This document shows positions 1 to 13,695 of a DNA stretch of 64,000 bases, in pieces. The translations under genes were made by a program, and so were the position numbers. Under the pieces are notes generated by a model. That model was given only the letters and a program-made list of their open reading frames with translations, searched no databases and had not been told where the DNA came from. Numbering within the stretch: position 1 is the first letter of the stretch; each line of letters begins with the position of its first letter. Source of the stretch: Eledone cirrhosa (lineage: Eukaryota); NCBI GenBank assembly GCA_964016885.1, contig OZ024745.1:124558001-124622000 (forward strand), read 5' to 3'.

Positions 1-284
1 ACCTTAGAATTAAGTTCATAATATTTTGGCAGGACCTGGTAAATTCTCCTATCTGTGAATAAGCTATTTCGTTACCAATCCATGTGATTCCAGATAATAT
101 TTACTATATATATATATATATATATATATAAATATTAAGTTGTTAAACAATATTCGATGATTATGTCAAAGAATGAGTTTTACAGTAGATTGGAAGCACT
201 CAACGAATAATAATTTTCAGGAGTTATTAATATTAAAATATAAGTATTAATAAAATAGATGTTTTTTTTTATCAATTACATTTT

Positions 285-330
285 ATTATACATATTTCGG
301 ATGTACAACAGTACGTCCTCATCATACAAA
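285..330 (-). ncRNA. Degenerate minimal hammerhead motif (relic); related copy at ~9475-9520
   Basis: Minus strand reads aTGATGA-ggacgtac-tgtt-gtacatcc-GAAA-tatg-TA. C3 is mutated and stem I is poor. Flanks 130-330 resemble 9320-9520, where CTGATGA is intact. Confidence 0.35.
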
Positions 331-1892
331 ATATAATGATACATGACATACCCTGAGGTGTTAAATGGTTAAGATTTAATCAAGGTAGTAATTACCCGAT
401 AGAAAATTTTACTTATATATAATATCAGTGTGAAAGTGAGAAAACGTAATGAATTCATTAGAGAATGTGTGAGTAAGAAAAAACGTTGCATACTGTAATT
501 GTTCTGAAATTTTAAAGTGTATGATACTGCAATATATCTAGGAAAACGTCTCATGAATCATAACAGCCAGTGATAGCCACTGGAAAAAGATTTATAAGGA
601 GGGAAAGATAAAGTGTGGGTTTTTTTTCGAAAGTTAAACGGTTAGATTTGAAAATATTTAATTTATAATATTAAGGTGAAGAATCCAGATTTCAGGATTA
701 TTTGCTAATTATTTATATATTATTTATATAAATTCGATAAGTGTGTTATCATTTCTAAACTTCTGAATTGTGAGAATAACATTTTAAAGGGTTTAGCTGG
801 CACATAAAGAATGAAATATTATACTGTTGATTAATTACCTAAATCTAAACTTTAACAAATATCCCAACATATTAGGTATGTAAAGCTTTTGAACTACTTA
901 TTGTTATAAATATTTGAATAACTATTATGTATATAAGTATATATTAATGAGCCAGTGTGTTTAAGGTAAATAATAGCGACGAAGATAAAAATAAAATAAA
1001 ATAATATGTTACGGATAAATATATACATATGTATAACTAGGTGTAAATGTACTAATTATTCTTCAACCAAGATATCAACATATTATTAGATATAGGGATG
1101 TATATATATAGATATATATTAGGTATTATTAGTGTAGTATACTTTAGGTAAATGATAACAGTTATACTCTTAGTTACATTTAAATATATATATATACATA
1201 TAAGAAAAACAAACAATGAGTGCATGTATAATATAAAGTTCAAAATAATATCTATAATAATTTTTAGTTTGGATATTTTCTCTATATTTGAATCATGTAT
1301 ATAGAAGTATGGTAGGTATATTTTAAAATATTTAAAAATATATAAAATACAATATATAACTACATATATATTATAATACATTATATTATAAATAAATAAA
1401 TAAGAGATCGAAAGTACAGCGAAGAATTAACTTTTATATATAAGTTTGAATCCGTCTCAAATTTAGATATTATAGTGCAGTAAGTTTATTTAAAAGAAAT
1501 ATATGCTATATTATACTATAAATAATAGATCAAAAAGTCATTAATAATTTGGAGTTATAGATAAGTTTCGTAAACATTTTTGGATTGGGTATTAAACTAA
1601 AATTTAAAAGAGATCACAAATGTATTAAAAATTCACAGTTAAATAAATTCAATAGATATATAAGGATTAGGTATTGTACTAAATTATAAATAAATGATGG
1701 TGTTGATGAAAGTTAACAAATAAAGTTGTGTGTATCAATGTTTAGGCATGCAAATTGAAATATTGTCATTCATTCTAACGTTGTTTTTTTCTATAGATAG
1801 TTATAAAATAAGGCAATATTAAAGGCCATTGATGTTTTTTATAGTTGATTATATATTCATGGTAACCGAGTTGTTATTGGTTCTTTCTTTAT

Positions 1893-2990
<1,098 letters not shown>

Positions 2991-4049
2991 TGATGACAAT
3001 AACTATTTTTAGATTCTATTTAATTTAACAAGTATATCCATTTTATTTTAGAGTAAAGAAATACAATCATTAGAAAAATATTTACACAATAAACTGCTTC
3101 ATTACAAAAATAACTATTTTGGACTCGAAATATCCTCATTATCGTTGAGAAGTATCAATTTCCCATAATATACTTCATTATAGAAGTTATAGAAGTTGTC
3201 AAACTGTTTTTCTCTCAAATAGAAATTCATTGAGATATACTAGCTATGTATTTACCTATTTATTCTTGTTATTTATTTACACTGTATTTACCAACAAGAG
3301 AAAAGTAATGGGTTTTTGACCATTACAACACATACATACAATGTTTCACAAGATGAAAAGGAAATTGTGTTTACTCTTTTGCCCTTTAAACTTGTGTTAA
3401 TTATGAAATGTAGAGTGTAATTGATCATAGCTCATGGTGAAAGTAGAAATTTAATAAGGTTAAAATCTAGTGAAGATAAAAATAATAGTTGTTAAATTCT
3501 GGGACATGTCATTTTGGTTCTCAAAATGGTGGAAACGTAGGTAATGATTGTGTAGGTAGGTAGTGAAGGTTCGAGCGGAGGGGGATCTAAAAAGGTGGCT
3601 TCGAGATGATCGTGGCCCCAAAATGATTGTTGTCCCCAAAAAACAATTTTGTTCTGTGAAGAAACACACCTACCTCCACTGCTGCTGCTACTTCATGACT
3701 CCACCTCTCTCTATACACAAGAGCTCATTCTCTAGTCTCCTTCTCAGCAAGGAAGATGAAAAAAAACTTACCTCTTAATTTTAAATCTTTGATTTTTAAT
3801 TTTTAGTTTTTAATTCTTATTAATTCTTTGTAATTGTAATACTCAACATTTGATAAGATGAATTTTAATAATACATGGAAACGGGTAATACTTTATATCC
3901 ATTTTAAAACTTTTTAAAAAGAATTATCCCTCTCATTTTTTCAATAGTTATTTCAATACTGCCACTTTGACGAATCAAAGAAAGGAAAAAAAAGGAGAAA
4001 AACAGACGCTAAAATATATTTTCCGTGCTATTTCCAACTTCACCCCTCT

Positions 4050-4165
<116 letters not shown>

Positions 4166-4461
4166 GAAAATAGAGAAATTAATGTGAGCAAGAAGCCAAC
4201 AGTATTTCATAATATATAAGTGACTATAACGTCAAAATGTAAAATAATTAACGTAAGATATGGGAAAATATTTCAAACTCAATTTAAAAAAAATATATAT
4301 ATTTGGATATATATATATATATATCTAAATATTAGAGGTCGGTGTGTAATCCACTGACTGAACAGCATGGTAAATAGAGCAGTCACAAGGCATAGGTAAA
4401 ATATCCAGGTTCGAAATACACTTTCTGTTTCTCCATTGTGATCCTGTCTCTATTTGTACTC

Positions 4462-4489
4462 CTGAAGAAGGGCTTTAGCCCGACACGTC
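4462..4489 (+). ncRNA. Minimal hammerhead motif with mutated core, inside a ~4334-4570 PLE-terminal-repeat-like fragment
   Basis: CTGAAGA-a-gggc-ttta-gccc-GAcAC-GTC; the GAAA core is changed to GACA. Confidence 0.5.
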
Positions 4490-4563
4490 AAGCATTCTTT
4501 CCTATTTCTAATATAAAGCGTGAAACTATTACGACATTTTGTACCTCAGTTTGTTGTCTCCTT

Positions 4564-4640
<77 letters not shown>

Positions 4641-4642
<2 letters not shown>

Positions 4643-4813
4643 CGAAGGAGGTGTGATAAGGAACCAGATGGACCATAACGCACCAGAGTACTCAAAACTT
4701 AGGGTAGTAGATTGGGTAATAGGAACATGTTTGACCCCGACGGCAGAGCTCAAGCCGTTTCGACGGCAATTTGGAAATGGCTTGAGCTCTGCTGTCGGGG
4801 TAAAACATTTTCC
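4641..4813 (-). mobile_element. Family A fold-back element in (TA)n (shortened centre)
   Basis: Reverse complement of 11437-11640; flanked by (TA)n on both sides. Confidence 0.8.
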
Positions 4814-4845
<32 letters not shown>

Positions 4846-5361
4846 TGTGTGTGAAATATAGGACAAGTTATAGATTTTCTCCTACATTTAAATATCTACG
4901 AATTTATATAGAATTGTTTACCAGCTTTCTGGCCACGGCCACGTAATAACCTCAGTGAGCTGTACCCCTATTTACAGAGAGCCCTACCTACACGCAACAA
5001 ATTGTAAATAATATATAATAAATAAAATCGTTTATTTATATATAACTACGTGGCCAGTCCGGCTGGCGCCCAGCTAGGTATACCGGCATTTTATCTTTTC
5101 AGGATTCCCCCTCCACCTCAGTGCAAAGATACCGCACGCCCTCTCAAGTCATCGAGGGGTGGGGCGGTGGGGGTGTTACGTGCTCTGATGTTGGATTTGA
5201 ATAGTTTTTAGGTTTCCCCATTTGAGCAGCCAGTACGTTAAACGGAGAACACATTTTTTATCAAACTTTACAACAATTTGTACAACCATAATGGAAATTC
5301 CAAGTAACAGAAAATACATAAATTACATTGTTAGAGCCTCAGAGTATACATTATTTTTTGT

Positions 5362-5520
5362 TCAGCCCTTGGGAGCAAAGATGCTTTGTGAGCTCACCCT
5401 AGAGCATCCTACATACAATTGACCATGGGAGAAGCATGGTTTTCCCAGATGAAGGCCAGCCACTCTTAGGGTTTGTCCCTGAGCTTTGTTGATGGTAATC
5501 GCGAAGCTTAATCTCTCTGT
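5362..5520 (-). pseudogene. Helitron RepHel Pif1-like helicase C-terminal fragment
   Basis: LSFAITINKAQGQTL...PCFSHGQLYVGCSRV matches Pif1/SF1B motifs V-VI. Confidence 0.9.
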
Positions 5521-5695
5521 TGCTCTAGTAACATTTTTTTCTTCTGATTTTGCGGCCAGGCTGGGACATTTTGGGTGGCATATCGGCAGTAACAATGACG
5601 ATAAGCCGGCTGAGCTTTCGTGAAATAAATACGTTTGTTTATATTTTGCTTTTGTGTATGTTAAAATATCTGTACACAAATATATAATTATATGT

Positions 5696-5855
5696 ATTAA
5701 AATAACAGATTAAAGTTTAAGCAAAGAATCGCCGCTTTCACCATTAACAGGGTCTTCTGAAACTAAAAAATCAATATGTGAACGCAGAAGTAAATATTTC
5801 GAAACACTTTGCAACCGAAGGAAAACAGGAAGACGATACTTTGGTTCGTGAAGAC
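5696..5855 (-). mobile_element. Family E repeat terminus (copies at 21258, 48040, 56209)
   Basis: attaaaataacagattaaagtttaagcaaagaatc... recurs four times in the window. Strand follows the HHR-like motif. Confidence 0.75.
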
Positions 5856-7764
5856 AGACATTATAAGCGTGTGACGTTATAGCTATGTATTTAATGCAGA
5901 CAGCTAGACATACAGAGACTTATTATAAGGACGCGATGTTATAGCTATGTATCTATCTAAAAAGACAGACTAAAAAAGAGAAGGGAATGTCGTATAACAG
6001 GTGTTGACATTTGAACATTTTAAAGAAGTGAATATTTAAATAAACAATAAAATATCTTTAATCTTTTAACGAAATTTCGAAGACAAAAATACCCTCACTT
6101 TTTTGGATAAAGTTACATCTATGGTGCAAATGTGGTGCTGTTTGGTCCAGCCGTTTGGCGAAAAGTTTGTTACATACATACGGCCGTCAGCTTTATAATA
6201 TAGATAAATAATATATATACTATGTATAAATAAATATTATATATTTTTATCTTACTATATTTATATATAATATGTATCATTTGATATTTTATATACTATT
6301 ATATCATCTCTAGCGCCCCTTTATGCCCCCCCCCCGAGTAAATATTATATACGAATAAGAGCCACATCTAAACTGAGTCTATTTTGTTCGCTTCACCACT
6401 TACCAGTACACTTTATTTTTTGACCGATTGTTTGGGTGGCTATAGGTCCGCTTGTCTATAGCGAGCATACACAGCAGCAGTGTAATTCGGTATGCTGGGC
6501 GTATAGAGAGTCGTAGAAAACACGAAAAGCTGATAGTCCAATACTTTATTTTTAACTGAAGCCATTTTAAAACAATATTCCTTGCAATAGTAGTTATGTA
6601 TATGTCAGAAATAATTTAATTCAAGCTGACTGATTACATAGAAACACTGGTAAATTTGGCTTGGACGTGGTTTTACCATACATGCTACTAGCAAACACTA
6701 TAGTAATTACAATAAAGCTAGAAGTAAGTAGCCTGGAATAAGTTTTACATTCTTGTCTTTAAATCCAATTCATGCAATTTACCACCTACTTATTTCATTG
6801 TAATGCTCATTCATTGTTGAGTTTCCTGCTGCATATCTCATTAGAGGAGAAAGTTAATCGCATAGTATTAATCTTTGCCACATTTCTATTTTTATCCTCC
6901 ATTCGAAACGTCTAAAGGGGTCGATTGCGAGCCTAGCATACTGTTGTACACAAGTAAAAGCAATCATCCAAATCATACATATATTTCTTTTGTTACATTT
7001 AGCATTAGTAAAGAGTTAATAATTGTATCATATTTTTGATATATTATTTCAGTTTGCTTGAACGTTACTTCACTCCATATTAGACGTAAAAAGCAGGCTA
7101 ATAGCCAAGCATTAACTTCCCAGTGATATTTTCTGTATTGTTAATATTGCGTATGCCAATGATCTTATATTGTGGTCACCTTTCAGGAGTTTCTGTAAGA
7201 TTATATAATAATTCATTAAACACTAATCAAAACAGATCATTATCATTCATTTCTCGAATGACAATAGTGTCGTAGCACAAACGGTAACGTTTTAATATGC
7301 CTAAAGCATTTTGTCTCATACGTTATATAAGATATACAGCTTCTGTGCAACCTGCCTTATTCTAAATATCTGTCTTTGTCTTGTGTTACAACCCATAAAT
7401 TTTACGCTGTTATATTTCCTTCCGGCTGCATGCTATCACATTGGTTTTCATCTTCCATAACTTCTTCAATCTTTAAATCTCTACTCCAGCACATTGACCC
7501 AATACTTTATCCCTCGTTACTTGAGAAATGTTTTCAGTCTAGTTCATCATATTTGCTTTAATATATGGCTTATGGCATGGATAAAATCTCTAAGTTCTTT
7601 TAGTATCGTCAGTCTATATTCTAAGCTCAAATACTTCTATATCCTCAGATACCCCTCAGTAGATAATCAAATAAATACTACTCGTTTATTTGCTCATTCC
7701 TTGTATGAATGTAAAACAACATTGCTAGGGAAAACATAAAACTGACAATAATGGATATAATAAT

Positions 7765-8370
7765 ACATATAAAAATGAGAAAACTCATCGCTAGAACAGT
7801 TGTTGAAACATCTGAATGTTGTCAAAGACAGCGATGGGCAAAAATGTCTCAGAGGACAGAGACCAGCGACCAATGGTCAACAGAGAGACAATTCACAAGA
7901 GGGTGACAGGCAGGTGGAATATAGAAAAAGATTGAAAGAAGTGGAGAACAAGGGCAATTGTGTTGGAGCACAGAAGTGACTGGAAGAAGGGAATAAGGAA
8001 AGGTGATATACAAGACAAGTTCACACACGTATTCACCCTCATCAGCTCTAAAACCAGTAAAATGTTTTCGCACGATTTAATTGAGAGCTCTAAAGCCATT
8101 TTGCTGGCTGGAGAGATGATGAGGGTGAAGATGCGTGTGTGTGAACTTGTCTTGTATATTACTTTTCTTTATTTCCTCCTCCAGTCACTTCAGTGCGCCA
8201 ACACAAGTCTTCTTGTCTTCCCCCTCTTTCAATATTTACTATATTCCACCTGCCTGTCACCTACTTTAGTCTCTCTCTCCTTTGAGACATTTTTGCCCAT
8301 CGCTGTCTTTGACAGCTTTTAGCTGTTTTAACGGCTGTTCTAGCTATGAGTTTTCTTATTTTTATATGTA
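7765..8370. mobile_element. ~600 bp fold-back element/MITE with ~270 bp imperfect inverted arms
   Basis: 7765-8048 is the approximate reverse complement of 8113-8370 (e.g. gtcaaagacagcgatgggcaaaaatgtctc / gagacatttttgcccatcgctgtctttgac). Confidence 0.85.
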
Positions 8371-8904
8371 TCCAAATACACTGTCGCTTTGTCTCGATCA
8401 GAGAAAACATTGTTTTCCTTTAATATAATAATGACAACGATGTCTACAAATAGTACATAATATGACAATAATAACTCTTCTGTCGAGAATGTAATCACAT
8501 TTTCAAAAATCTTTACATTCGTAAAAGTTTAGAAAGGTATTAAAGTAAAGTGAAATATAATGCTGTAAGTCTGTACTATTTGATTATAAGTAAGTTCTTA
8601 TATGTTAATATAATTAGTTTCACAGATACATAAATACATACAAAATAACACATTACACTATTTACATCGGTTACTCAGGAACGCTAAATAAACTGAAGGT
8701 GAAAGAGGAAATATGCACTCGCTGTTTATTCTAAATGAAAACATTCTATATAGTAAGAAAATAACGTGTCTTGTAAAAGGGAAGTGGTTTCGTAATTCAT
8801 ATATCATGAAAACTTAGGTCATATCGTAGGTCATATCATACGTCTTCCTCAGAGTAAAAACAGGAAGTTACTTGAGTTCAACACAAATTTGGTTGTGGTG
8901 ATGA

Positions 8905-9266
8905 TACCCCCCCCCCCTCTTATTTGAAGAACTATTGTAACGCGAACTGGCGCGAAATTTATTATAATTATTGACAAACCAATTCAAATTACTTCTCGAA
9001 AAACCTGGCATTTCGAGCCACTTTTTCCATATAAAACAAGTAACATTCAGAGACCAACCAGATGTGAGAAAAACCACAGACCCTCCATCTCAACTCACCT
9101 TTTGAAAAGCAGAAGAACTGCGAAACCGGTAAAGGAACCAAATAAATATATATATTTTTTAAAAAATAAGACTCCAGTTGCATTTTCGATTTCATCTCTC
9201 TTTCTTTATACTTTCACTCGTGTAGGACACCTCGGTTATTTTTCATTTTGGGAAAAAAAACCTCAC

Positions 9267-9272
<6 letters not shown>
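8905..9272 (+). mobile_element. Family B element (single arm) ending in (TA)n
   Basis: Highly similar to 33795-34168 and to the arms of 21592-21950 and 22237-22580. Confidence 0.85.
9098..9135 (+). ncRNA. Minimal type I hammerhead ribozyme, U3-A8 core variant
   Basis: cctt-TTGAAAA-gcag-aagaa-ctgc-GAAA-ccgg-TA-aagg: 4-bp stem I, 4-bp stem II, palindromic stem III (ACCGGT), GUA cleavage triplet. Confidence 0.75.
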
Positions 9273-9317
<45 letters not shown>

Positions 9318-9823
9318 ACCAAAGATTAATATGGTTCGTTGATTACTCAACGAAATCAGTATTACAATAGATTAGAAGCACTCAAAAGTAGATTTTCCTG
9401 GAGTTTTTAATATTATTCAAAATATTAATATATGAAAAATATTCTCACAATCAAAATATATATTTTATTATACATATTTCAAAGCAACAATGGTGTTTAA
9501 GTACGTTTTCATCAGACAAAATATATGATTTGATATGTGACATATATATATATATATATATACAGTGTGTATATATATATATATATATATGCGCGTGCGT
9601 GTGTATGTGTGTGTGTGTGTGTAAAGCGTAAAAAGAAATGGCAGGAAAAGATTCATAACGTTTCGGATACTAGTCTTTCATCATAAGATAGAATTAAAAC
9701 TAAAAGATAAAATAGAAAGATAAAGAATGAAAAGAGGAAGGAACGCGGGAAAAATGAGAAAAAATACTCGTGCATTTTCAATCAGACATTTTGGAGATAT
9801 TTGCGCTAATATACAGTCACAAA

Positions 9824-9841
9824 TGTAGCAGTAGTAGTAGT

Positions 9842-9872
<31 letters not shown>

Positions 9873-9890
9873 ATAGTAGTAGTAGTGGTG

Positions 9891-9923
<33 letters not shown>

Positions 9924-10005
9924 GTTGTAGTAGTAGTATTATTATTATTATTATTATTATTAGTAGTAGTAGTAGTTAGTAATAGCAGTAGTAGTAGTAG
10001 TAGTA
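9824..10005. repeat. (TAG)n/(CAG)n/(TAT)n trinucleotide microsatellite
   Basis: Directly visible. Confidence 0.95.
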
Positions 10006-10260
10006 GGTGCAAAGTAGCTGTCTCGTTGCAAATATTATACAAATGAAACTAGTGTACCAAATATGATATTACAAATACTGATTATAACAGCTGTCAAGAA
10101 GTAAAATAATGAACAATCACAAACCGAGAAGAGCTACAATAAACAAACCCCAACGGCAATTAATAGAATCTGATTAAATCCCTCATGTAAAACAAAACTT
10201 ACCATATTGCCTCTTGTACGGAATGGAAATAAGAAAAGTGGGTGGACTCTCTCACACACA

Positions 10261-10349
<89 letters not shown>

Positions 10350-10356
10350 CCTCTCA

Positions 10357-10390
<34 letters not shown>

Positions 10391-10403
10391 GTATATATAT
10401 TTA

Positions 10404-10482
10404 TAGGGTGTCCCCTAAAATGTATACACACTTCAACAACATTCTAATCAAACTGTGCATACATATATTTGGGACACCCCTG
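10404..10482. mobile_element. Tiny Tc1/mariner-type MITE
   Basis: TIRs (t)agggtgtccc...gggacacccctg in TA context. Confidence 0.65.
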
Positions 10483-10521
10483 TGTATGCGTATATATATA
10501 CGAATATATATATATATTTTT

Positions 10522-10574
<53 letters not shown>

Positions 10575-10619
10575 CGTATATATATCTATATCTATATATA
10601 TATATATATATATATATAA

Positions 10620-10681
<62 letters not shown>

Positions 10682-10708
10682 GTATATATTTACATACATA
10701 TGTGTGTG

Positions 10709-10773
<65 letters not shown>

Positions 10774-10791
10774 TACTATATATAAATATAC

Positions 10792-10822
<31 letters not shown>

Positions 10823-10865
10823 CGTATATATATATATATGTGTATGCCTATATTTATATACACGA

Positions 10866-10947
<82 letters not shown>

Positions 10948-10949
<2 letters not shown>

Positions 10950-10996
10950 CCGTACTAAGAGTGGGAAATGAAATTTCGTTTCATTTTTTCCGTTTA
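10948..10996. repeat. Solo terminal repeat of the 37831-38333 element, in (TA)n
   Basis: cccgtactaagagtgggaaatgaaatttcgtttcattttttccgttt matches 38286-38330. Confidence 0.75.
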
Positions 10997-11096
10997 TATA
11001 TATATACATACGTATATATATGTGTGTGTAAAAATATATATATACAGAGCTCATACATATATATATATTCGTATATATAAATATACGCATACATAT

Positions 11097-11135
<39 letters not shown>

Positions 11136-11294
11136 CGTATATATATATATATATGTATGTATGTATCAGAACTCCTACGGTGTTTCCGTAGCCCATCTCA
11201 GTATTAAAAAAAAGAAATGTTTTTATTTGAGATGAAAGGAGAGTGACGCTATACATAGGATATATTTTTCAGCAATTTAATATGCATAGATGAT

Positions 11295-11640
<346 letters not shown>

Positions 11641-11656
11641 TATATATATATATATA

Positions 11657-11952
<296 letters not shown>

Positions 11953-11953
11953 C

Positions 11954-12024
<71 letters not shown>

Positions 12025-12975
12025 AGTACATATTGTATGTATGTACAACATGTGTTTATGCATGAGCTTGTGTGTATTTATTTCTACATGCAACTAACAT
12101 TGCTTTCGTACACGTAAGGGATATAAAATATGATTGGTAAGTTACATATTCAATCTTTTTTTTCAGAATCTTGAATAAATATTCTATAGTGTTTGTTGAT
12201 ATGGCCATTAACTACATATATAAATACAGCAAGATTCACTTTCTGTAACAATTGATGGTATGAATTCAGGTAAACACAAGACAACCAATTTTGTTTTCTC
12301 ATTCATCTTGCCTGCAACTATAAGGCTGATCAAAGCAAACAATATAAATCTAATCAGAATGAGATACGCATGCATATATTCATGGAATCCACATAATTTC
12401 TTCACAAACAGTATCGACACACCACAATTCATTTGGAATATCAGGATTGGTACCAATGTTTACATTAATTGATTGACAAGAGAATATGCTCCACTGATAT
12501 AAAAAGCAAACTATGCTGTTTTACTAGAGGCAATTGAAGTATTATATGATAGCGATTTTTCTCGAAAGTTAAAAGAAATGTGAGTGGACCAAACATAATC
12601 CACAAAAGATAGATTCTTTCAGTCCCTAATGGTATCATTCAAGCAGTATTTAAGGCCCAATATGTTTTAAAACTAAATATATTGTATACATTTCTGTATA
12701 TTGTAATATTTACTTTGAGGAATCGTTCTCAGTAAGACATATCAGAGTTCGCTTGAGGTATGCGTTATTTAGTTGGATATCTGGAAGGTTAACGGTTGCA
12801 ATATATAGAAAATGTATGTGATCTTTCAAGATGAATATTACGAATTGTACAATTCTAGAATTACTGCACACGAACATCAATTTCTGAATAAGAGAAACCA
12901 GTAAATATATGTGCATCGATATAAACCTACACTGAGATACACACTCCATACAAATTGTTTTAGAAGTATTATCAG

Positions 12976-13161
12976 CATGTGGATTGGCAGTATCGGTAGA
13001 GTGTTGGACGCCATGCTTTCCAGCATACTTACATCCATTTACGATCTGAGTTCAAATCCCGCCGAGGTTGACTTTGCCTTTCATCCTTACGGGGTCGATA
13101 AAATAAAGTACCAGTAATGCACTGGGTAATTGCTGGCCTTGTGCCTAAAGTAGAAACAATT
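12976..13161 (+). mobile_element. tRNA-derived SINE (dominant family)
   Basis: A-box-like tggcagtatcgg, B-box gagttcaaatccc, body gactttgcctttcatccttacggggtcgataaaataaagtaccag, tail ccttgtgcctaaagtagaaacaatt. Confidence 0.85.
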
Positions 13162-13312
13162 ACTTAACATTTATAGCTCTGGTTGTTGAGAGCACTTTAG
13201 ATGTAAAGGAAAACTTCCTAGACAAATGACAAAAATACAACTGTATATAAAGAATTTACATTCAAAAACAAATTCATACACAAATATATATACATATATT
13301 TATTTTATTATA

Positions 13313-13420
13313 GAAATAACTTCTACAGGACTAGAAATGTTTCATTCGTAAGAAATCATCACAAATGCCCTTTCCTGATAATCTCTTACGAAAGAAACAG
13401 TTCTAATCCTGTAGAAGTCA
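13313..13420. repeat. Family H inverted repeat with hammerhead-like core in each arm
   Basis: cttctacaggactagaaatgtttcattcgtaaga ... tcttacgaaagaaacagttctaatcctgtagaag; related to 60455-60520. Confidence 0.7.
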
Positions 13421-13695
13421 TATTTATAATAATAATAATAATAATAATAATGTTTTCTTTATTAACCACAAGGGTTTACATAAAGTAGACATTAAGGACA
13501 GTACAGGACAATACAGGACGGTACAAATGGGCATTTCTGCGTGTAAAAAAAACAGAGGATGAAATAAAATAACAAAGAAAAATTCCCCAATAGGGGGGAG
13601 ACTTCCGAGGGACATTTGTGGAGGAAGCCCATTAAAAGACCACAGTGGCCCTGACCACCAGGGCAAGTGCCCTCTCCCAGTTGTCCACCTTTAAT

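Larger units (their letters stand above)
5079..6204 (-). mobile_element. Internally deleted Helitron
   Basis: 5' TCTATATTATAAAGCTG start at 6204 on the minus strand and an internal Pif1-like helicase fragment. The 3' end is uncertain. A separate + strand hairpin plus CTAG lies at 5053-5078. Confidence 0.6.

Noticed and set aside
5362-5679. Possible host PIF1 helicase gene
   Set aside because: Only motifs V-VI are present, inside Helitron-like ends, with no exon structure.
6900-7740. Coding-like minus-strand stretch
   Set aside because: Many stops and no motif I can identify; perhaps an old transposase but unsupported.
12976-13065. tRNA gene
   Set aside because: The A/B boxes belong to a multi-copy SINE head with body, tail and TSDs; no intact cloverleaf is evident.
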